Positions 1-12,461 of a stretch of 64,000 nucleotides of DNA are shown piece after piece. The DNA comes from Macrostomum hystrix. Taxonomy: Eukaryota; Animalia; Platyhelminthes. The stretch lies in the NCBI GenBank assembly GCA_950097015.1, contig CATNEN010000002.1:4092001-4156000 (forward strand). The letters run 5' to 3'. The first letter of the stretch is position 1. Each line of letters starts with the position of its first letter. The position numbers were made by a program, and so were the translations under genes. The notes below the pieces were generated by a model, which saw nothing but the letters and a program-made list of their open reading frames with translations, was not told the DNA's origin and searched no databases.

Positions 1-369
1 AATCTGCGATAAGCTTTGCGGAAACTGAACACCTTTTTGAATCCCGCTTATCGACCACCACCTTAAAATCCCGTTTTTTTATTTACTTTCCTTTAGGTAG
101 ATCCCAGAAAATGCTATAATTGGCAAAAACTTTTGCCACTTCGCTTCTTTTTTTCGATATTCGCCTGTCACACTCTACGCATACTACTATAATTTGTCCT
201 CATAACCTTATAGCATATATATATCGAATAGATTTTATTATTGTTGTTGTAACCCGCGTCCTAAAAACTTTTCCGTGATAAAATTTTGAATGGCAATCGA
301 ATAAACAAATAATAAAGGTTTATTAAAACTTTCATATCCGGATTTCATACAAAAAGTGAGTGAAAAAGT

Positions 370-975
370 GACTGCTGACTGACTGTTGACTGACTGTTGA
401 CTGGCTGTTGACTGACTGTTGACTGACTGTTGACTGACTGTTGACTGACTGTTGACTGACTGTTGACTGGCTGTTGACTGACTGTTGACTGACTGTTGAC
501 TGACTGTTGACTGACTGTTGACTGACTGTTGACTGACTGCTGACTGACTGTTGACTGACTGTTGACTGGCTGTTGACTGACTGTTGACTGACTGTTGACT
601 GACTGTTGACTGACTGTTGACTGACTGTTGACTGACTGTTGACTGACTGTTGACTGACTGCTGACTGACTGTTGACTGACTGTTGACTGACTGTTGACTG
701 ACTGTTGACTGACTGTTGACTGACTGTTGACTGACTGTTGACTGACTGTTGACTGACTGCTGACTGACTGTTGACTGACTGTTGACTGGCTGTTGACTGA
801 CTGTTGACTGACTGTTGACTGACTGTTGACTGACTGTTGACTGACTGTTGACTGACTGTTGACTGACTGTTGACTGACTGTTGACTGACTGTTGACTGAC
901 TGTTGACTGACTGTTGACTGACTGTTGACTGACTGTTGACTGGCTGTTGACTGGCTGTTGACTGACTGTTGACTG
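370..975. repeat. 11-bp tandem array (GACTGACTGTT)n
   Basis: About 55 near-identical units read directly from the sequence. Confidence 0.97.
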
Positions 976-1230
976 AATGTCTATCGTTTTGAGTTAATTT
1001 TATTAACCTGTTAAGTTGAGATTGACTTAGAAGTTAAAACGGTTCTAAAACTGCTGTTACTTATCTGTTTATCTAGAGTAGTTCTGGCCATAGAAATTTG
1101 CAAATGTCTTCAAGATCTATCTTTTTTAGCCATACTCAAACGACAGTTTTGTGTAGGAGAAAAAGAGACTCAAAGTGCAAAAACCAGTTGCTTGACTGAG
1201 TGGCTAGTCTGCAATTTGCAACTCTTTCAA

Positions 1231-2646
1231 GCGAAGCATGAACGACGAAACACGTGAGCGAAACACAAACGACGAAACACGTGAGCGAAGCATGAACGAC
1301 GAAACACGTGAGCGAAACACAAACGACGAAACACGTGAGCGAAACACAAACGACGAAACACTTAAGCGAAACACAAACGACGAAACACGTGAGCGAAGCA
1401 TGAACGACGAAACACGTGAGCGAAACAAAAACGACGAAACACGTGAGCGAAGCATGAACGACGAAACACTTAAGCGAAACAAAAACGACGAAACACTTAA
1501 GCGAAACACAAACGACGAAACACTTGAGCGAAGCATGAACGACGAAACACGTGAGCGAAACAAAAACGACGAAACACTTAAGCGAAACACAAACGACGAA
1601 ACACTTGAGCGAAGCATGAACGACGAAACACTTAAGCGAAACAAAAACGACGAAACACTTAAGCGAAACACAAACGACGAAACACGTGAGCGAAGCATGA
1701 ACGACGAAACACGTGAGCGAAACAAAAACGACGAAACACGTGAGCGAAGCATGAACGACGAAACACTTAAGCGAAACACAAACGACGAAACACGTGAGCG
1801 AAACACAAACGACGAAACACGTGAGCGAAGCATGAACGACGAAAGACGTGAGCGAAACAAAAACGACGAAACACTTAAGCGAAACACAAACGACGAAACA
1901 CTTGAGCGAAGCATGAACGACGAAACACTTAAGCGAAACAAAAACGACGAAACACTTAAGCGAAACACAAACGACGAAACACGTGAGCGAAGCATGAACG
2001 ACGAAACACGTGAGCGAAACACAAACGACGAAACACGTGAGCGAAACACAAACGACGAAACATTTGAGCGAAGCATGAACGACGAAACACGTGAGCGAAA
2101 CACAAAAGACGAAACACGTGAGCGAAACACAAACGACGAAACACTTAAGCGAAACACAAACGACGAAACACGTGAGCGAAGCATGAACGACGAAACACGT
2201 GAGCGAAACACAAACGACGAAACACGTGAGCGAAACACAAACGACGAAAAATTTGAGCGAAGCATGAACGACGAAACACGTGAGCGAAACACAAAAGACG
2301 AAACACGTGAGCGAAACACAAACGACGAAACACTTAAGCGAAACACAAACGACGAAACACGTGAGCGAAGCATGAACGACGAAACGCGTAAGCGAAACAC
2401 TAACGACGAAACACCCGAGCGAAGCATGAACGACGAAACACTTAAGCAAAACAAAAACGACGAAACACGTGAGCGAAACACAAACGACGAAACATTTGAG
2501 CGAAGCTTGAACGACGAAACACGTAAGCGAAACACAAACGACGAAACACTTGAGAGAAACACAAACGACGAAACACTTGAGCGAAGCATGAACGACGAAA
2601 CACTTGAGCGAAACACAAACGACGAAACACTTGAGCGAAGCATGAA
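1231..2646 (+). repeat. 27-bp tandem array (e.g. ATGAACGACGAAACACGTGAGCGAAGC), open in one + frame (NDETRERNT/NDETRERSM repeats)
   Basis: About 52 units. The unit is 9 codons long, which explains the long ORFs on both strands. Confidence 0.95.
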
Positions 2647-4795
2647 GCCCGTGATAGTTATCCGGACCTGCCAGGCATGCAGCAAAATGTACTTTACTGA
2701 AACTGGCACCTTCAAGCTTGACGAGCAGGCCAAGAGAAAGAAAAGAGATTTGAAGAAGCCTGAGGCAGAGTCCGGCGACAAGGATTGTGCTGAGTCACAG
2801 GAACAGTCAGTCCCCAATAATTTCCCGAAAATCACCTCGGCTAGACTCCGCTTGGCAGATTGGAGTGTGTTTTCTGATCAGCAAGATGTGCTCACTCCGC
2901 AGCAAGCGGAGGGTGTGATCTGCAATTGGCTGCAGAACACAACTGCCTGCATGAAACTACAGGGTGGACAGCTGGAAAACTCGGAGAACGAGGGGCTCTA
3001 TGGCAAGATCATTTTCGACCATCTCGGTAGGTTCAAGCACGAAGTCTACATTGTACATTGCTGATTGGCTGCCGATGGAGTGAAAGGGGGAGTGAAAGGG
3101 GAGTGAAAGGGGTTCTAAAATGGTGAGAAGTTTAACGAAATTTTTCTAACTCTGTCAATTTCAGGTGAGATTTTTGATTTTGATATTTGCCACCTGGACA
3201 TCAAAATGCTCGGCTTGGGCTTTGATAACTGGATGAACACATTGGCTAGCGGAGAGCTCCTTCTCGACATTGTGAACTGCTTAATCAGCAATTGCCATCG
3301 CGACGATAATCCTGATTTGGATATCCAGATAAATGTGAGTTTGCATTAAATATCTTTAAGGTAAAGGATTGTGAGCAGTGAGCAGCGGTATCCTGAGCAG
3401 TGAGCAGTGGTATCCTGAGCAGTGAGCAGTGGTATCCTGAGCAGTGAGCAGTGGTATCCTGAGCAGTGAGCAGTGGTATCCTGAGCAGTGAGCAGTGGTA
3501 TCCTGAGCAGTGAGCAGTGGTATCCTGAGCAGTGAGCAGTGGTATCCTGAGCAGTGAGCAGTGGTATCCTGAGCAGTGAGCAGTGGTATCCTGAGCAGTG
3601 AGCAGTGGTATCCTGAGCAGTGAGCAGTGGTATCCTGAGCAGTGAGCAGTGGTATCCTGAGCAGTGAGCAGTGGTATCCTGAGCAGTGAGCAGTGGTATC
3701 CTGAGCAGTGAGCAGTGGTATCCTGAGCAGTGAGCAGTGGTATCCTGAGCAGTGAGCAGTGGTATCCTGAGCAGTGAGCAGTGGTATCCTGAGCAGTGAG
3801 CAGTGGTATCCTGAGCAGTGAGCAGTGGTATCCTGAGCAGTGAGCAGTGGTATCCTGAGCAGTTGTCATGAATTTATTCCACCTGGAATGCAGATTGTTC
3901 CATCGCAAAAGCTGACCGTGAGACGAATGCTGGACACGGCACCCAACAAGCATGCCGTTTGTTCTTTCCTGCTGAACCACAACTGCCTTATTGAGAAATT
4001 TCTAGACCCAATTCTGGCCATGATTCGCGACATTGGCCTGCCACCGCCAGGCACGAAACCCGGCACTGTTGGCAACATTCGGCAAGCCCTGCACTTATTG
4101 AGGCCTGTGGGGCACAACCTTCTACACTGCACCCATGTATCAAAGGTAAGCGGACATCTATTTACCTCTAGAAGTAGAAGGGTGGGAACCTATGTTTCTT
4201 AGAAAATGTTTATTGGGCTGATTTTCGCCGATAAATCTGCAAATTTAGTGACTGTGTTTGATCGGCACTAAACGTTTGACACTAGTTTCCTTTTTTTATC
4301 ATTATTTTTAAAACATCGATTTCTCTGCGTGCCCTCTAATTGTGCCTAAAAGCGCATTATTCTCCTAAAACAGCAAAACCCACTCGGCAACTCGCTTCCC
4401 ATTTTCTGATCTGTAATTTAGTTAAACTGTTAGTATATTTTGATGAACTCTAAGCATATCTGAGCACATTACTCAGCGCCATTGACACCACCAAGTAGGA
4501 ATGGACATGGAAGGCCCTGATGCTGCTGGTGATGATCCTCATGAGCCTGGTTGGAGATCTGGACTCCGAGCTTCAGCCACTGTTCTGCAGCCTCACTGGT
4601 GAGTTCTGTCCCGATCATCTCATTGTGCCAGAGCTGCAACAAGCGATGAGGGCCATCCGGGAGTCGAACCCAGTGCAGCTGAGAAAGCAGTTTTCCGCGC
4701 AGGAGCTTCTGTGGGCGCTGCCACGGTGGCGCGTGTTGAAGCAAGGAGCGATCGAGTTCAACAGCGTGCTGTACAGTGACTTTGGATCGGATTGA
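1232..4795 (+). CDS. Orphan multi-exon protein of unknown family; possibly disrupted or mis-assembled
   Basis: Exon-like blocks: about 1232/2641-3026 (donor CTCG|GTAGGT, phase 1), about 3166-3335 (TTTCAG|GT GAG, GEIFDFDICHLDIK..), about 3867-4145 (CHEFIPPG..HVSK|GTAAGC) and 4499-4795 (TAG|EWTWKALMLL..SD*). Junctions 1-2 and 3-4 are in phase; junction 2-3 is not. No recognisable domain. Confidence 0.5.
3373..3863. repeat. 22-bp intronic tandem array (GAGCAGTGAGCAGTGGTATCCT)n
   Basis: About 22 essentially identical units abutting the next exon. Confidence 0.97.
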
Positions 4796-5092
4796 AAAAT
4801 CTATAATTGACACTTCTGATGTCCCAATGACCTGTGGAACTGTCTTATATAAAATGTGCTCATTTCCGGTATTGTGTAATCAACTAGTTGCACTGTTAAA
4901 GACTCAAATTCTCTAGAAGCTTATTATCTTGAAATTTGCTTGCTCAAAATTGTCTGATTAAAATTAGAAAGTTTTCTAAGAAATTCGTTGTATGACGTTG
5001 TATGAAGTTAAACGTTGCATGATTTTATTACTAGTTCTTGCTAACAGCTATTAGAAAAAAAGTTCTTAAAGGGACAGAATTAGTCACTGAAA

Positions 5093-5440
5093 GGAGGGTG
5101 AGTTGCAGAGCGGTCTTACGCGTTAGATTTTTCTCGCACCAAGTTCCCTGAGCTCGATTCCGCTACGAGGCCACATTAAATTGTGGCACAGCCGCGGAGA
5201 GAAGGAAGGGGGCTTGTTGTGCAATTCAGCCACTTGAGAGCCAACCTCCAAGGCACAGAGAGAGTGTACACTGCCTGACGATGAGAAAGTCAGGGCAGAT
5301 GTAACACACCTGTGTCTGCCTGCGTACAGTATCTGTGTGAGTGTGTGCTCAGAAGCCAGCGGATGGGCAGAATCGCCTCCACCACGTTTGGGACACCACT
5401 TCTCGGAGGACTCGAAAGTGTGTGTTAGACACGTTGGTGT
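5093..5440 (+). mobile_element. tRNA-headed SINE-like element, family A, copy 1
   Basis: B-box-like GAGCTCGATTCC at 5150-5161. Extended similarity to 56921-57202 (..CCCTGAGCTCGATTCCGC..GAGGCCACAT..CAGCCGCGGAGAGAAGG..GATGAG.AAGTCAGG..CGTACAGTATCTGTGTG). Confidence 0.7.
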
Positions 5441-6066
5441 TCCACTGGTTGTTAGACAACTGTGTGTGCTAGACATTTGCTTGTTATGCCTTGAAGCTTA
5501 GTGTACTCAGGTGGGAAGTTAGTACCTTGAGCACAAGTATCAAGAACAAGGTTTCTCAAGCTTTCACAGTTATCATACAAGTCCGTCTGTCGCTGGCTCT
5601 ATCGGCATCGCTTGTGATCTTAGGAAGCAATTGGCCCAGCAAGTACGCGGCGTTGAAGACGCATGGAGAGTTGGAATTCGTCACGTTGCTACTAGTTACT
5701 CATAGAAGTCAGTGTCTGTCTACGAAAGTAAACTGTATATTGATCATGGTTAACTCAAGTTGGAGAATTAAAAGTTAATTAAGCCAGCATAAAATGAGGA
5801 AAAACACGATGAAGTTCAACAACTCAATGTTTGGCAAATAATTAAACACAAAAATGATATCGATAAAAAGCCATGCCTAAGTTAAATATTTTCTATAAGG
5901 GCATTTTTGTAGAAAATTCATTTTTGATTTAACGCCGAGCAAATCTAAAATCGTCAATCCTAACTTCAATCATCAATTTGAAGAAAAATCTATTAAAACT
6001 ACTGTATCACTGAGTCGATCAGCATCAGTCAGTCGTTCTAAAAAAAGGCGCCATTGTCGCTTATAA

Positions 6067-9000
6067 TTACTCATTGCGACTAGTGAGCCTCACAACGCCC
6101 CGGTCGCCGTCGAGTTCAACAGCGTCGCCAGTCTTAAACGTGGATGTCACCTGTTTGGCCCCGACCACGCAGGGAATGCCGAATTCGCGAGCCACCACGG
6201 CACCGTGCGACAGCAGGCCGCCCTTCTCCGTCACGAGGCCGCTGATGAGCGGGAAGTACGGCGTCCAGCCCACATCCGTGTACGGAACAATCAGAATGTC
6301 GCCCTTCTTAATCTGGGCAGCGTCTTGGAGGCTGCAGATGACCCGGGCCTGCCCGGACACGAAGCCGCGGCTGACCGGCATTCCGGAGACGCTCAGCGCT
6401 TCGACGCTGTCCGCGGTTCGGCCGGCTGGCGAACGTGGGCGCTCCTGATCCGCTAGTAGACCGAATCGCGGGTTGCCCTTGACTAGCTCGGGCAGGTGAA
6501 GGGCGTTCTGGCGTGGCAGAGCAAGCCGGCGTCTCAAAGCCTAGCGAAGTGAATTAGGCATTAGAAGTATTAAATTAGTGCTAGGTTAGCGATGATCTTG
6601 CAGCTGCATGCTCTGCGCACTGATGCATCACTGACGCGCTGCCAACGAAGTGGCGATTCCGAGCTGACCTCAGGGACACTCTAACAGAGGAGTGTACTCC
6701 AGCCTGAATTCTATTGCTAATTCTGTAAATTATTTCACTCACCTTCTTGACAAGGGCGGCCGTGACTTTTCTGTCAACGAGCAAGCCGAGCTCCCGATGA
6801 GTGAAGAAGTAGACCAGATCTGAGTCCGGCACCAGCTCCTCCTTGACCAGCAGTTGGCCCAGGCGTCTATAGCCCTCCTTCATGGCATCGACCATACGGA
6901 TGGAGATGGCCTTGCCCCATTCCCGGCTGGCCACGCCTCTCCTGGCCATTGGAATCAGTGCCTTCACAATGCGACGCGTCAAAGGACTACGCAGCTCGAG
7001 CTGCTCCACAACCTCGTCGATGCTCAGCGCCTCCTTGGCTTCGCGCTCCAATGATCCTGCAGCGATTGTGGCCTGCATCACTGACACAACCTTCTCTGGC
7101 GCTGCGCGCCAGGATAGTTCGCGGAATTCAGCCTCTCGAATGCAGCGAAAACCGTGCCGGTTGATGAAGCCGCGAAAACTCTCGCCAGCAGTGCCGCTCT
7201 CGTGAGACAGCAACCAGTTGGCTGCTTCCTTTGGCGTCATGGCCAGGAAGGCTGAGCAATTAGGAGACTTGGACAGGTCGACAGACAGATTGTGCAGGGC
7301 TGTCGGCACGTCGGCGCTGTAGACATTGTCGCAGTTGGAGAGGCAGAGTGCCAGCTTGCTGAATGTCTTTTCGTTTAGGCCGAACTGTTCATTGAAAATG
7401 TTCACCAGGACCATGCTGTTGACAGCGGACTTGCTAGTGTTAATGATTGTGTCGCACCAGCACTGGGCATAGTCTGGCATGCGAGCGTCGAGCTCCAGGT
7501 ACTGCTCCTTGGCAGTGTACTGCGGTAGCGCGTGGTAGCCGTCCAGGAACTTTCTCTCCCAGGCCTGAGTGAGCTTACTTGACTGCCAGATGACTGCCAT
7601 ATCGCAGATCGCGTTCCACACCTTATCCACCAGGTTGGCCTCGCCGTCCATGTAGCGCCGCAGGTCGTCTCTAGTCGGCTCGTCGAGAGTTCGGCCGAGC
7701 AGAGCGATACAAGCCATGTCGAATTTGCCCAGAAGCGACATTACCTCTGAGCCCAGGCCCAGTTCCATCATGTTGATGAGCAGGTGGTTGGCACTGCAAC
7801 CCAGGCCAGACATTGGCCGGCCAATCTCTGGGATGATGCCGGACTTCGCCGCCTTGTACTTCGTGATACTCCAGTCGACAGCCCGACCGAACGTACTCAA
7901 AGTCAACGGTGTTAGAGCACCGGGACTCATCTCGCCAATATTGGCCGTGGTCATCCAGCCCTCCTTGTAGCTGAACGAGCTGTCAAACTCGTGCATTATG
8001 TCATCTGCTGTTTCCGGACCCATCGCGGTGACTGGACGCACCTGAAGCAGGTGAATCGACTCATTCACCAGCGCGAATTCAACGTCCACTGGAGCTCCAT
8101 AGCGCTTTTCGAGCTCCTCGCCGAGCTCAGCTAGCGCTAGTACTCGCTGGTCCGACAGGCAGCTGATCTTTTCGTCGCTGTGTCTGGTCTCCAGGCCTCC
8201 TGACTCGCCGACCTGCATCACTTCGGATTTTTCCCCCAGCCTGCGCTCCTCGATCGCCTTGTAACCGTCCGGGAATCGGCGCACGGTGAAGGTGTCGGGC
8301 GTCACTAATCCTGACACGACGCTCTCTCCGAGGCCAAAGTTTGCTTCGATCTTCATCACGCTTGAGCAACCGCTGATGGGATCCTGGCTGAAAAGCACAC
8401 CTGCGGCAGTAGCTGGCACCATCTCCTGAACCACCACCGCCATGCTGGCGTCAACGCCCAGCCCGCCACTCTGCCGGTACTGAACTGCTCGATGGGCGAA
8501 CAGCGACGCCCAGCATTCAATGACTTTGCTCGGCAGCTGCTCCCGATTCACACCGAGGAACGTCTCCATCTGGCCGGCGCTGGACGCGCTCGAGCCGTCT
8601 TCGCTAACGCCAGACGAGCGTACGGCAAAACGAACGCCAGTGGAGCCGCTAAAAATTCTATCGACAGTCTTTGTTACAGCCTCCAAGACGGGTGCAGGCA
8701 GGGTGGTAGCGGTGAAAGCTTCCGTCAATGATTTGCATGCCGGTTCAAGCAACGCCTCATCTCCAGAGGTCGCAGTCGCTCTCAAAGCTTGAATGCCCTG
8801 TCTCAGAGAGGAATTAGCTTGAATAAATTGCCGATAAGAGTTTGTCGTCACGACAAAGCCTTTCGGAACTAGAACGTCGCTGCTTCCGCCCTCGCTATTG
8901 AAGATTGCCGTAGCAACAGCCAGCTGAGAGCCTTTGCCTCCAGTCAGGGTTCTCACTCGGCAGTCTTGCTGGTCAAGGTCGACAACAAGAACTTCTTGGT

Positions 9001-10631
9001 TGTTGGGCACATCCGGCACTATCGGCATGGGTAGTGAGGCCTCGGGAGCGCCCTCGAGTGGGCTGTGATGCCAGTAACAGTACTCAGTGATGCCCCATCC
9101 GCGAATACCGTTCACTGTGAATTCGGTGAATCTCTCGAACAGCACACAGCTGGCAGACTGAACGTATAGCGGAATGTTCTCACCGGCCCGCACCTCAACC
9201 TTATAGTCCTTGCCGTTGGCAATGAGTCGCACCTGATAGTTCTTCGGCGGTTCGGTGATTTCGCCCTTCTCCCACAGATTGAAGTCATGAGCGTCCACTG
9301 CGCACTTCTTGCCGTAGGGCAGGTAGATGTAGCCGTACTTCACGTGGGTTGTAGTCTGTGGAATCGACACGGAGCCGAAGCTAAAGAAGCTGCCGTTCTC
9401 AAGGTAGCCAAAGTGGGCAGCGTAGCGATAATATTGTCGCCAGTTGCGCAGACCTGCACAGTTAATTGGATTTATTTAACTGAAATATAGAATAACTCTT
9501 ACGACATAAGCGTCAAGAAAAGTAACGAGACTTAAAGACAAAACCGGCAATCTCCTACCGTAGGAGTGATCCCGATAGGCGCTCATATTGAGATCGTAGC
9601 GCACGTCGCCGACACTCATCTCTCCCGTGATGACGCCCCATTGTTCCAGGTGAACCTGCTCTTCGTTGCGCTTCAGCTTGGCGAAGAACGCCGAGCTCCA
9701 CGCCTCTCTGGCCAGAAACTCGGCCGTAATCTTCGGACTAAGGTCGGTCTTTGAGTCAAACGGATTCACAGAAGCCCGGAATTTGGCTCGGAGGTTCACC
9801 ATCACGTAGTCGTCAAGATTGTGTGACGCTTCCGCCGGCTGCGGCTCCAGCTGAGCTGCGATACCCCGCTTCATCAGGCCGTTATAACGGAGGCTCCAGT
9901 AGGTCATCGGCTCATCGCAGCTGATGGAGAATCCGCCCGCTGACCATGTGTCGGGATGACTGTTGGTCACATGTGTGTTCGGCTGCACCGGGTGCTCCAG
10001 AATAGTGCCGTCCGGCATCCGTATGAGGAACCAGAGCTCAGCTACTCGGTCTGGACGCCTCGCTAGCCGCACAACAATAGCCGGTTTCTCTGACTCGAGC
10101 TCGCCGCCGTAAAAGTACACGGAGTCGATTGACTGCGGGCGTTTGAGGATAAGACCTTCGCGGCTTGAAAACATTGGCTTTTGTTACATGCTCTACTATT
10201 TTATACGATCAATGCGTACGTCGCTTCTAGTCGGGGTACCCAGGAGTGCAACCTAACTCATATCCTACAATAAAAGTCATGCGCTTTTATGCGCTTGGTT
10301 GCAGGAGGCAGCGGAACCTTGGTGAAAGGCGATCCCCCAAACTCACATCCTTGTCATTCTGATCCAACGGTTGTGGCTTCTCGGACTCGTCCCATTTGTT
10401 GAGCAGATCGCGGTCCCAGACTAGCACAGGCTTCTGCCGCCTCTGCCGCCAGGCCCTCAGCCAGAGCAGGCAGTACATCAGCCATTTCTTCAGGCTAAAG
10501 AATTCGCCACCGATAGAGTAGTAGCCGCAGTGCTTCAGCTTGACCGAGCGTCGGTTCCTGAGGTTCTTGCGCAACAGGTGCGTCATCCCCAGCAGAATAA
10601 ACAGGTAGAAAACCAAAGTTGTTATCCACAT
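6067..10631 (-). CDS. PEP-synthase/pyruvate-phosphate-dikinase-family phosphotransferase (rifampicin phosphotransferase/YvkC/PigC-like) with N-terminal TM anchor and an extra N-terminal domain
   Basis: Four phase-consistent exons: 10631-10347, 10132-9559, 9453-6743, 6540-6067. ATP-grasp motifs TGGKG, FAVRSS..ED..AS.AGQ.ET, VVQEMV, EANFGLGESVVSG..TPD, DVEFA..LLQVRPVT. Phospho-His domain TDVGWTPYF..GGLLSHGAVVAREFGIPCVVG. Confidence 0.92.
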
Positions 10632-11144
10632 TATTCGAACTGATTTAGACTTACTGAATCAAGACACTCAATGGCTGACAATAGACTCTCAGTGTCCAAG
10701 TTCAAATGACTCGTGCCACCAGTTTATCAACTGGTCAACCTGGGTTTCGAGTTCGACTTTGAACCCCTCAGTTTTCTGACATTTAGAGCACAACAGGCCT
10801 GACTGGTGTGTACATGTTGCTATTTTTATTTCTTCTAGCAAAATTTCACTTCGGATAAGATATGAGCTAAGCATTAGTCTTTGCTCGCTGAAAAGATTCT
10901 AAAAGACTAAAATTTTATTTGGTTGGCAAAACGGGACACAGTCTGGCGAGAGAATTTTCAGCCTGATAAAAAGAAGACAGCTCAGCCATCGCCGAAGCCA
11001 TGTTGCACCTGCAGACTTAAAAAATTAATCACTTCAAGAACCAGTTGACTAGCCCTTACTTCTTGGCTGTTTGAAATGCAGTTCTCAGCCAGGCACGCTT
11101 GCTCTCTCTGTGGAGTCTACAATTGAGACTAGTTTAAACAGTTT

Positions 11145-11358
11145 TTTTAGCAAGACACTTAACTCTCTGCATGCTACGTTTTACCCAGCTGTTAAATGGG
11201 TTACCTGCATTAACTAGCGTGTTTGAGGGTGGGTGTGGCGTCCCCCCAGTCCATGGACTGAAAAGTTGTACGCAGCCTTCAGATTACGTAGCGCAAAAGC
11301 TGTGGCTGTGCTGTGCTGTGCTACCCAATTGGGGCAGGTGTAACCAATTATTATTAAT
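11145..11358 (+). mobile_element. Dispersed repeat family B, 3' portion with (TTA)-rich tail
   Basis: Shares TAGCAAGAC..CTTAACT, GGGTGTGGCGTCC..AGTCCATGGACTGAA.AGTTGTACGCA and AGCTG.GGCTGT with 50040-50200 (reverse) and 29050-29150. Confidence 0.6.
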
Positions 11359-12461
11359 TAGTTATAAAGGAAGAGTAGAATAAAATTGGGTGAGAATATG
11401 GTAAGAAGGGTGAAAACATGATAAGACACATCGGGATATGGTGAGATGGATGAAAAAAAGTACCAAAACAAATTGTCTTGCTGTGACTGTACAGAGCCCT
11501 TGTGTCTTGTTTTGCATTTTATTTATGCATTGTGTTGAAAAGAAGTAGCTTTTAAAGTATTATTGTTGCTCACTTAGATGGTGTCGAAATTCGTAATGTT
11601 TCGCCCTCGCCAGGCCAAGTAACATGTGATTTCAGCTCGTAGCAATAGTTAACCATTCTGATTGACCAAAAAGGCAACAAAATAAGTAAAATTTATGAAG
11701 TGCAATCAGATAATTTTTACAGTGTCAAAAACTAAGAATTATTTTATCAATTTTCCAGAACAAAATAGAAATAATAAAATAATTTTGTTTAAACAGCATG
11801 AGAGTTACAAACGGCCCAGAATGGGCTTTGATATTCGAATTGCGTAACATGCTACTACATCGCTTCATCGCTAGTAGTATAGGATAAGACGTTACTAAAA
11901 TTGTGGCAGTCAAAAAGCGTAATGAGTTCATATACGAGCATTGGACTAGTAGAATAATCATCAAAAAGTTCTTGGGTTGTTTATTAAGCAAAGAACAACA
12001 ATAAAAATGTTATAATTTACATCTGTCAGATTCAATCAAACGGCGATGGGGCCGATAACTTGCCGAATTTGAACTTCGTGACGTTTTCGAGCGAATACGT
12101 CCCAAAATAAGTTATCAGAGAATCAACAACTAGGAATGATTTTAAGGCTATTTTGGTTTTTTAACAAGTATTTGCTTTTCTGTAAATGTTAGCACGATTT
12201 AAAATTTATAGCAAAGAGTTCCTTTATTACTAATGCAACTGTAAATATTATCGTAGACAAAAGCATCGACGTGAGAGCCTTATTGGATCCGTACTGTTTC
12301 GTATCCCATGGGGTTCTGCTGCTTAAGTCGTCGTACGGGACCAACAACAATATCAAAAAGAATATCGGACTATTTGATAATAAGTTACACAAATATGAAT
12401 AGACAAGCAAGTTTCAAGAAGTGCAAATTCCACATAATAAGCAATCGGATCAAGCCCAGAT

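Noticed and set aside
1136-2835. 437-aa and 543-aa minus-strand ORFs (CFVVCVSL.., SSFVFRSRV..)
   Set aside because: They are antisense readings of the 27-bp array; a unit length divisible by 3 keeps frames open.
3285-3980. 231-aa minus ORF with TAQDTTAHCSGYHCSLLRIPLL repeats
   Set aside because: Translation of the 22-bp intronic array, antisense to the + strand exons.
6067-10631. Bacterial contamination as the source of the PEP-synthase-like gene
   Set aside because: Three GT-AG introns with consistent phases, and continuity with animal genes and SINEs.
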